UHGV virus genome: UHGV-1307394 | Reading direction: 5' to 3' (one strand) | Length of the DNA stretch: 8,328 nt | Source of the DNA: a virus | In this document: one piece after another, positions 1-4,553 of the stretch | Position numbering within the stretch: position 1 is the first letter of the stretch | Layout: each line of letters begins with the position of its first letter | Position numbers and translations under genes: made by a program | The notes under the pieces: generated by a model | Databases searched by the model: none | What the model was told of the DNA's origin: nothing | What the model saw: only the letters and a program-made list of their open reading frames with translations

Positions 1-386
1 ACAAGAAGATACGTGACCTTACAGACCATCTGTATATCATTCACAACTTCCTGAACTGCTTTTCTGTTGCTAGGCGTATCACAAAGACAGTTGCTGTTGT
101 CCATGCGGATAAGTCTGCTAGTGGTGAATCAAAGATAGTGGATGATTACAACATTGATTCCCTGCTCCTGGCCCCTTTCGGTTCCGTGCGTTTTACCTAC
201 ATCCCGAAGTATGTAAAGTATTTCAATTCCTACAATCCTCCCCTGCTCCCGGAGAAGGAGTTTGAATACATGCCGTTCCCGGAACTGGTGAAACAGGGGA
301 AGCTGGGAGCGCTCCGCCGCGCGATGGCCGGCGGACGCGTACAGCTTCATGAGGTCGTGAGGAAATGGAACCGTAAGAAACGGTGA
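1..386 (+). CDS. 3' end of an ORF that enters from upstream of the window, function unknown. The reading frame runs from nt 3, giving about 127 aa before a TGA at 384-386.
   Basis: The frame is open from the window start to the TGA at 384-386. The track ORF 138-386 is its tail, entered at an internal GTG. There is no transmembrane segment and the C-terminus is basic (RKWNRKKR). It ends 2 nt before the inverted repeat at 389-422. Confidence 0.4.
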   Translation, partial: KKIRDLTDHLYIIHNFLNCFSVARRITKTVAVVHADKSASGESKIVDDYNIDSLLLAPFGSVRFTYIPKYVKYFNSYNPPLLPEKEFEYMPFPELVKQGKLGALRRAMAGGRVQLHEVVRKWNRKKR

Positions 387-388
387 CC

Positions 389-422
389 GACTTCGGACCC
401 CTGTCTAATTAGGTCCGAAGTC
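389..422. other. Inverted repeat or hairpin with an 11-bp stem (GACTTCGGACC / GGTCCGAAGTC) and a 12-nt loop, immediately upstream of rep. It could be a terminator for the upstream ORF, a nick or origin hairpin, or both.
   Basis: Perfect 11-bp complementarity between 389-399 and 412-422 was read directly from the sequence. Its position between the end of a gene and the rep start is typical of inovirus intergenic origin or terminator structures. The downstream sequence CGTAAAAATTC is not a good U-tract. Confidence 0.4.
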
Positions 423-479
423 CGTAAAAATTCTTTACACTTGTTTAGTAACTTAACTTTCTTTTAGGAGGTCCTGCTT

Positions 480-1400
480 ATGCTTTACTATTTTAACCCA
501 CTGATTGAGGATGGTATTTTTTATTCCTGTGATTCCCTCCGGTACTCCTTTGAACTCCCGGATATAGATACAGTTGAATCCTTCCTTTCCTTCCTCTCCC
601 ATCTTCCAGGCTGTACGCATTATCATTCTTTAAAGGATTTTGATTACCGTTACCTTTTTGTATTTGGTATCAAAGGATTATCATTTTCCATTGGACTTTG
701 TATGAATGGTATAAAGAAAGAAACAGTTTTACAGGGTTTCCTGGACTTTAACCCAAATAAGATACTTGGAGAGATTGTTTATGATGATGGGTTCATGCGT
801 ACAAGCGTATCCCCCTTCGACCAGGAAGAAGTGGAGTTCAGGGACCTGAGAAGCCAGATAGGGGAAGTCCTAAAAACAGTCCTAAACGAACTGTTCCCCA
901 TAGTAGAAACAATAAAGATAAAAAGATGGGATTTAGCAGTGGACGTGCCATATGGCCGTGACTGTGTACAGCTTATCAAGGACAATAGAAAATACAGCCA
1001 GTTTTACAAATCAGCACAGGACTTTACAGAATACTTAGGATGTATGTCCGCTCCCGGCCGGGTTAAGGTCTACAACAAACAGATAGAGGCTGGCCTTGAT
1101 TATCCCCTCACCCGGATAGAGGTTACGCTGGATAGCCTGGACTACATAGATTGCTGTCGGTGCTGGCCCAATGTCTATACTCGTAAAGTGATAGATTTGG
1201 CTGAATCAAAGGTCATGGTACAGCTTCTTGCGGAACAGCCGGTAGACCGGATGGACTATTACCTCCGTCAGCTTTCCCGGCCTACAAAGTTAAAGTATAA
1301 GGCTCTGCTCCTGGACCGTCCCTTTGAGATTGAGGGTCCCATATTTAACAAGTTGCGCAATCAGTTATTAAGATATCAGGAGGGAAATTTTTATGAATAA
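480..1400 (+). CDS. rep: Rolling-circle replication initiation protein of the Rep_trans type (as in pT181 RepC and CTXphi RstA), 306 aa.
   Basis: There is an AGGAGG site 6-8 nt upstream of the ATG at 480. The motif GRVKVYNKQIE has a candidate catalytic Tyr198 (codon 1071-1073), which resembles the RIYNK active-site motif of Rep_trans initiators. Additional (K)RWDLAVD and TRIEVTLD motifs are present. Its position at the head of the + strand gene array of a filamentous-phage-like genome is consistent. Confidence 0.7.
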   Translation: MLYYFNPLIEDGIFYSCDSLRYSFELPDIDTVESFLSFLSHLPGCTHYHSLKDFDYRYLFVFGIKGLSFSIGLCMNGIKKETVLQGFLDFNPNKILGEIVYDDGFMRTSVSPFDQEEVEFRDLRSQIGEVLKTVLNELFPIVETIKIKRWDLAVDVPYGRDCVQLIKDNRKYSQFYKSAQDFTEYLGCMSAPGRVKVYNKQIEAGLDYPLTRIEVTLDSLDYIDCCRCWPNVYTRKVIDLAESKVMVQLLAEQPVDRMDYYLRQLSRPTKLKYKALLLDRPFEIEGPIFNKLRNQLLRYQEGNFYE

Positions 1401-1572
1401 GCCAGTTGGAAAAATCAAAGTCAATGTTTATCTGACCACGAAACAGTATGACCGCCTTTGCAGGTACATGGAGTTCTGTGAATGCTACTCCACCCCGGCT
1501 GAAATGGCAACAAGGCTTGTTCAGGTCGGCCTGGCCGAGGCAATCAAGCGTGGGGCGATTGAGGAGGATTAA
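1393..1572 (+). CDS. Small ribbon-helix-helix-like DNA-binding protein of 59 aa. It is not in the ORF track because it is under 60 aa.
   Basis: The ATG at 1393 lies 8 nt after AGGAGGG (1379-1385) and overlaps the rep stop by 8 nt. The product is MNKPVGKIKVNVYLTTKQYDRLCRYMEF...TPAEMATRLVQVGLAEAIKRG, which fits a beta strand followed by two helices (RHH pattern). The stop is a TAA at 1570-1572. Confidence 0.4.
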   Translation: MNKPVGKIKVNVYLTTKQYDRLCRYMEFCECYSTPAEMATRLVQVGLAEAIKRGAIEED

Positions 1573-1576
1573 TCTT

Positions 1577-1762
1577 ATGAGTGAAGATGGTTCTTTATTT
1601 TGTAGTTTTGTTGTTGTTTTTCTTCCGCATCTTTTTATGCAATTTAATAACCGCTTCTGGGTAAAGCGGTTTCATGGTAAAAAGTTAGGTGATGATTATT
1701 TATATATTTCCTATCTTGCTTATATTGTTTTTATATTTTGCTATTCTTTTCTTTTCCATTAA
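1577..1762 (+). CDS. Hypothetical small hydrophobic protein of 62 aa, lying in the 1448-1762 frame from its internal ATG. Whether it is really coding is doubtful.
   Basis: GAGGAGG (1561-1567) sits 9 nt before the ATG at 1577. The product has two hydrophobic segments. However, the region is extremely T-rich and contains a stable hairpin (1649-1671), so it may instead be non-coding (packaging signal or minus-strand origin). Confidence 0.2.
   Translation: MSEDGSLFCSFVVVFLPHLFMQFNNRFWVKRFHGKKLGDDYLYISYLAYIVFIFCYSFLFH
1649..1671. other. Hairpin AACCGCTT-(7 nt)-AAGCGGTT inside the T-rich region.
   Basis: An 8-bp perfect stem was read from the sequence. It lies in the low-complexity T-rich region between the replication module and the convergent terminator, so it is a candidate packaging signal or minus-strand-origin hairpin. 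Confidence 0.3.
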
Positions 1763-1779
1763 CTGTTTATTTATTTCAT

Positions 1780-1798
1780 CCCCGGCATAGAGCCGGGG
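1780..1798. terminator. GC-rich hairpin CCCCGGC-ATAGA-GCCGGGG between convergent transcription units. It is the likely terminator for the + strand rep operon and possibly bidirectional.
   Basis: A 7-bp GC stem is followed on the + strand by ATTTTACTGTT. The hairpin sits 10 nt from the stop of the minus-strand gene that ends at 1808. Confidence 0.5.
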
Positions 1799-1807
1799 AT
1801 TTTACTG

Positions 1808-2053
1808 TTATAGTGCTTTTGGCAATATGCCTTTTGCTTCCAGGACTTCCACCAGTGTGTCTATGTCTTGTCTGGTTTCGTTGGTTCCTTTCTTCACCTG
1901 GTATTCCAGGTTGGTTAGTCTTATGTCTATTTCTTCCAATTTGTTTTTTATAGCCTTGTTTTGTACTTTTAGAGTTTCTACACTATCATGAATTGGTTTA
2001 AGTTCTTCTTGTAGCATTCCTCTAATAGCTTCTAGCATTTCATTTTCATTCAT
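1808..2053 (-). CDS. Small coiled-coil protein of 81 aa, the last gene of the AT-rich minus-strand cassette.
   Basis: AAGGAGG lies 7 nt upstream of the ATG on the minus strand. The start overlaps the stop of the upstream gene (ATGAATGA, an 8-nt overlap), which suggests translational coupling. Heptad-like charged and hydrophobic periodicity is visible (LEEIDIRLTNLEYQV...). No transmembrane segment. Confidence 0.55.
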   Translation of the reverse strand: MNENEMLEAIRGMLQEELKPIHDSVETLKVQNKAIKNKLEEIDIRLTNLEYQVKKGTNETRQDIDTLVEVLEAKGILPKAL

Positions 2054-2693
2054 ATGGGTTATCCTCCTTAAAATCCTTTAAAATCGCTTCTCGTCCATCC
2101 TGGTGTGTTGTGGATGGCTGTTTGTCTTTTTCATCTTCTTTAATTTGATTTATTTCATAATTTGGTATAGATATCGCAAGTTCATTTATGATTCTTTTTG
2201 TTACATATTCTGGTTTATTAGGTTTATCTGTATAAAAATTAATAAGTTTTATATCGGCTTGTTTGACAATTTCTTTTACTTTCATGTCTCTTTCTCGCCG
2301 TTTGTATTGTTGATGTGATATATCATTTAATTCAATTAAAAGTAGAATATTATAATTTTTATCAAATATACCAAAATCAATATTTCGATATAATTCATTT
2401 TGATATTTAAATTCACCTGTTTTTTGTATAATTGTAGCTAAATTTACTTGGGGTATGATAATTAAATCATATTTTTTAAGTTCATGTAACGCTGATAGGA
2501 ATTTTTTTTCTGTACAGGTAAGAAAGTTCTTTTTTTTATATTGATTTTTATTAATATTATTATTTTTTTCTGTGTTTTCTTCTGTCTTTTTAAATGTCTG
2601 TGTCGTTTGTACTGTTGATTTTCTTTTTTGATTGATTGCTTTAATTATCATAAAAATTATAAGTACAATTATTACTATGGATATTTCATTCAT
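2046..2693 (-). CDS. Membrane-anchored protein of 215 aa: an N-terminal transmembrane helix, a K/N-rich linker, and a DUF2726/DUF559-like restriction-endonuclease-fold domain.
   Basis: AAAGGA lies 5 nt before the ATG. Residues 5-19 (ISIVIIVLIIFMIIK) are hydrophobic and are followed by a basic linker. Residues about 57-172 carry the pattern L-T-x-x-E-K-x-F...IPQV-L...R-N-IDF-G-I-F-D...LLLIELND-ISH...RERD...ADIKLINF. This matches my recollection of the DUF2726 (PF10881) and DUF559 signature (DF...IE.D...H...RD). GC content here is about 20-25 percent, against about 45-50 percent for the phage backbone. Confidence 0.6.
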   Translation of the reverse strand: MNEISIVIIVLIIFMIIKAINQKRKSTVQTTQTFKKTEENTEKNNNINKNQYKKKNFLTCTEKKFLSALHELKKYDLIIIPQVNLATIIQKTGEFKYQNELYRNIDFGIFDKNYNILLLIELNDISHQQYKRRERDMKVKEIVKQADIKLINFYTDKPNKPEYVTKRIINELAISIPNYEINQIKEDEKDKQPSTTHQDGREAILKDFKEDNPYE

Positions 2694-2730
2694 GTTTTTC
2701 CTTTCTTTTATCTTAAAAATTATATGATGT

Positions 2731-2973
2731 TTATTTTATGCTGATATCTCCATGTATATTGTTCGCTACAATTCCTTTATTGGTTTTAACATTGATTCCA
2801 GATGTGCCTTGCATATCTTTTTCTATTAGGTCTTTTACGTATCCTGAAAAGCTTTTATAGCCTTTGCTTTTCATGTGTTCTTTAATTGTTGGTAACTCGT
2901 CCTTTTGTATGTATACTTTTTGTGGTGAATAATTATTTTCATTATATTCTTTGTTATATTTTGCATTGCTCAT
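2731..2973 (-). CDS. Ribbon-helix-helix (Arc/CopG-like) transcriptional regulator of 80 aa. The track extends it to a TTG at 3009.
   Basis: The ATG at 2973 (minus strand) lies 6 nt after GGAGGGG. The segment KVYIQKDELPTIKEHMKSKGYKSFSGYVKDLIEKD fits the strand-helix-helix pattern. The gene is immediately preceded by three palindromic operator-like sites. Confidence 0.5.
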   Translation of the reverse strand: MSNAKYNKEYNENNYSPQKVYIQKDELPTIKEHMKSKGYKSFSGYVKDLIEKDMQGTSGINVKTNKGIVANNIHGDISIK

Positions 2974-2983
2974 TTTGCCCCTC

Positions 2984-3061
2984 CATAGTACTATGTTTAA
3001 TTTCGCCAAAACATAGTACTATGTTTTGTGACATATGCCTATGGACATAGTACTATGTTTT
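2984..3061. promoter_or_regulatory. Operator array of three direct repeats of about 16 bp (ACATAGTACTATGTTTT), each with a perfect 12-bp palindromic core CATAGTACTATG, at 2984-2995, 3012-3023 and 3046-3057.
   Basis: The exact palindromes were read from the sequence. Centre-to-centre spacing is 28 bp and 34 bp. They lie in the leader or promoter region of the RHH gene and adjoin a possible + strand -35 element (TTGGTA, 3061-3066). Confidence 0.5.
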
Positions 3062-3089
3062 TGGTAAGATATTGGTGTAACGATAAATA
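3061..3089 (+). promoter_or_regulatory. Weak candidate + strand promoter for the 3181 operon (TTGGTA-17-TAAATA).
   Basis: The -35-like TTGGTA at 3061-3066 abuts operator copy 3. The -10-like TAAATA lies at 3084-3089. The match to consensus is poor. Confidence 0.15.
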
Positions 3090-3114
3090 ATAATTAAGCG
3101 CTTAGTTAGTATCT

Positions 3115-3143
3115 ATTCTACCACAAATTTAGTTAGTTCACAA
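3115..3143 (-). promoter_or_regulatory. Candidate sigma70/sigmaA-type promoter for the minus-strand cassette: -35 TTGTGA, a 17-bp spacer, and TG-n-TAGAAT as an extended -10 (read on the minus strand).
   Basis: On the minus strand the sequence is TTGTGA-actaactaaatttgtgg-TAGAAT. This corresponds to + strand coordinates 3138-3143 (-35) and 3115-3120 (-10). Confidence 0.35.
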
Positions 3144-3180
3144 GGTTCATTTAATTAGTTGATTAAGGAGGGCTTAAGGT

Positions 3181-3378
3181 ATGACGGTTTATCAGGTTAT
3201 GAATCTTTCGTTTGTTGATGACCATACGGTTATTTTAATCCGTGATGAAGCTTTTAATCTTCTCGGCGGTTTTGTCCGTATTCATCCCTTTGCAACCAAA
3301 TTTTATTCTTATGATGTGAAATCTTTTTCTTGGTGGACTGGTAACCATTTGAATATCACGGTATGTAAGGAGGTGTAA
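3181..3378 (+). CDS. Hypothetical small protein of 65 aa, first gene of the + strand morphogenesis-side operon.
   Basis: AAGGAGGG lies 8 nt upstream of the ATG. The product is beta-rich and has no recognisable motif. Confidence 0.45.
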   Translation: MTVYQVMNLSFVDDHTVILIRDEAFNLLGGFVRIHPFATKFYSYDVKSFSWWTGNHLNITVCKEV

Positions 3379-3380
3379 TC

Positions 3381-3620
3381 ATGATGGATAAAAAGCGTAT
3401 CCGTAAAACACTTAATGATGCTGTAGAACGGTATCTTCTTGGTGATGTTGATGGTGATTTCCGTTTTAACTATATTTGGATTCGTTCACAGTTGAGTTTT
3501 GCATTCAGCATTGATGCAATTACGATTGATGAGTTTGATGCTTTGTCTTCCGTTGTCCTTCACGCTTATAAAACTGACAGGAGGGGTCCAGAATGCGTAG
3601 ACTTTCCAAGGCTCTCATAG
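3381..3620 (+). CDS. Hypothetical small protein of 79 aa.
   Basis: AAGGAGG lies 7 nt upstream of the ATG at 3381. It is tightly packed after the 3181 gene (stop at 3378). Confidence 0.45.
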   Translation: MMDKKRIRKTLNDAVERYLLGDVDGDFRFNYIWIRSQLSFAFSIDAITIDEFDALSSVVLHAYKTDRRGPECVDFPRLS

Positions 3621-3793
3621 AGCAGGAACAAAATGAAACCAGTGTGGCGATATGCCGGGCCATGGCCTTGCATGACCAGTGCCGTGTGGATGTTCTTCAA
3701 TATCATTTCGCCCGCCTGGAACATATTTTGGCTTACCTGGATGAAAAGACAGATTCCATCCCGTCCATATCCAGTGAGGTCCAGACAACATAG
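3593..3793 (+). CDS. Hypothetical small helical protein of 66 aa.
   Basis: CAGGAGGGG lies 6 nt upstream of the ATG at 3593. It overlaps the end of the preceding gene by 28 nt in a different frame. Confidence 0.4.
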   Translation: MRRLSKALIEQEQNETSVAICRAMALHDQCRVDVLQYHFARLEHILAYLDEKTDSIPSISSEVQTT

Positions 3794-3800
3794 CTTGTTC

Positions 3801-3832
3801 TCCGGGGTATCCTTTTCCGGCTCTGCCCCGGA
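3801..3832. other. GC-rich inverted repeat TCCGGGG-(18 nt)-CCCCGGA, a weak hairpin or attenuator.
   Basis: A 7-bp stem with a long loop lies between the 3593 gene and the ssDNA-binding-protein gene. Confidence 0.25.
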
Positions 3833-3879
3833 TTACATATAACAATCACTTAGTTAGTTGAGAAAGAGAGGTTTTGATT

Positions 3880-4140
3880 ATGGTATATGAGATTTTAGGC
3901 ATTGAGAGATTCGAGGGTATCTCTAAAAAGACTGGTAAGCCTTATGACTTCACCCGTTTCTATGCAGTTCCATCCAGACAGCCCGATAAAGTCCGTGGCC
4001 GCCGTGTGGAACAGGTTGACGTCTGGAACGGTGAATATGCCCCGGATATTTCTGGTATCCATCCGGATGATTTTGTGGATATTTCCTATGGCCGTGGTGG
4101 CTATGTTGAAGAATGCCGGTTGGTTGATTCTCCAAACTAG
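3880..4140 (+). CDS. Gene V-like ssDNA-binding protein (inovirus pV-like OB fold), 86 aa from the ATG at 3880. The track starts it at a TTG at 3874.
   Basis: The GAGAGG site is followed 9 nt later by the ATG. Its size, beta-rich character and motifs (MVYEI N-terminus, GKPY, EYAPD, and a C-terminal CRLV) resemble M13 gVp (MIKVEI...GKPY...AYAPG...RLRLV) as I recall it. Confidence 0.5.
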   Translation: MVYEILGIERFEGISKKTGKPYDFTRFYAVPSRQPDKVRGRRVEQVDVWNGEYAPDISGIHPDDFVDISYGRGGYVEECRLVDSPN

Positions 4141-4151
4141 TGGAAGCAAAG

Positions 4152-4185
4152 TCCCCGGCCCCCGGTGTAACCTAGGGGCCGGGGA
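4152..4185. terminator. Strong GC-rich hairpin TCCCCGGCCCC-(12 nt)-GGGGCCGGGGA downstream of the ssDNA-binding-protein gene.
   Basis: An 11-bp perfect GC stem was read from the sequence, 12 nt after the stop at 4140. There is no clean U-tract, so it may act as a partial terminator or an RNA-processing or stability element. Confidence 0.4.
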
Positions 4186-4290
4186 TACCCCTTCCCCTTG
4201 ACTACAGAAAGTGCCAGGTCCCTAGCGGTAGCGATTCATCATGCCATGGATGCGCCTACGGGGTCGCGAACATAAGAAATCAATAGAAAG

Positions 4291-4519
4291 TAGTGGTTGG
4301 ATGAACATAGAACTTACGGAACGGGAACTGCGCTATCTTAACCGGGTCGTCAATGTCCGTCTGGATGAATTGATGGAACGCTGTGCCCGGATACGCCGGA
4401 TTCGCTCTCTTGAGGATATCATTGCCAGTGAGCGTTTTAGCATTGCTGAATCTGAAATCAAGGTCATGAAAGGGGTCCACGATAAAATAGCGGATGCCCT
4501 CTCTGACTGTAACATATGA
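4291..4519 (+). CDS. Hypothetical helical protein of 76 aa from the ATG at 4291. The track extends it to the ATG at 4241.
   Basis: The ORF is supported by its length and a charged, helical composition. Ribosome-binding sites are weak for both candidate starts. Confidence 0.3.
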
Positions 4520-4553
4520 CAAGCTGTATCCCTACATACTTAATAAAATAAGC

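Larger units (their letters stand above)
1799..3145 (-). other. AT-rich reverse-oriented accessory cassette (moron or immunity module) of three genes with its own promoter, operators and terminator.
   Basis: There is an abrupt drop in GC content relative to the flanks. Orientation is opposite to all other phage genes. The cassette is bounded by the terminator at 1780-1798 and the divergent promoter region at 3060-3180. Confidence 0.55.

Noticed and set aside
129-350. 73-aa minus-strand ORF antisense to the 5' partial + strand ORF
   Set aside because: It lies entirely inside a longer + strand reading frame, has no ribosome-binding site and matches no family. I treat it as an antisense artefact.
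779-985. 68-aa minus-strand ORF inside rep
   Set aside because: It is antisense to a confidently called Rep gene and has no ribosome-binding site.
1738-2318. + strand ORFs 1738-1953 and 2103-2318
   Set aside because: Both are antisense to the minus-strand cassette genes. Their products are low-complexity hydrophobic artefacts of AT- and T-rich sequence, and both run across the terminator or into convergent genes.
3009-3009. TTG start at 3009 for the RHH gene (92-aa version in the track)
   Set aside because: The internal ATG at 2973 has a GGAGGGG Shine-Dalgarno sequence at ideal spacing. Starting at the TTG would put the coding sequence on top of operator copies 1 and 2, and the TTG has no ribosome-binding site.
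3137-3165. Possible + strand promoter TTCACA-17-TGATTA immediately before the 3181 ribosome-binding site
   Set aside because: The -10 is poor and would place the transcription start inside the Shine-Dalgarno sequence. The hexamer is more likely part of the minus-strand -35 (TTGTGA on the opposite strand).
3615-3845. ORFs 3615-3845 (minus strand) and 3633-3842 (+ strand)
   Set aside because: Both overlap the well-supported 3593-3793 gene and the hairpin region. Neither has a ribosome-binding site, and the products are W/P-rich and unnatural.
3895-4201. ORFs 3895-4149 (-), 3902-4201 (+) and 3950-4135 (-) overlapping the ssDNA-binding-protein gene
   Set aside because: They are alternative frames or antisense to the gene V-like CDS, which has recognisable motifs. 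One also runs through the GC hairpin.
4280-4522. Minus-strand ORFs 4280-4522 and 4333-4515
   Set aside because: Both are antisense to the + strand 4291-4519 ORF in a uniformly + strand module and have no ribosome-binding sites. The + strand ORF is itself low-confidence, but its orientation fits the operon.
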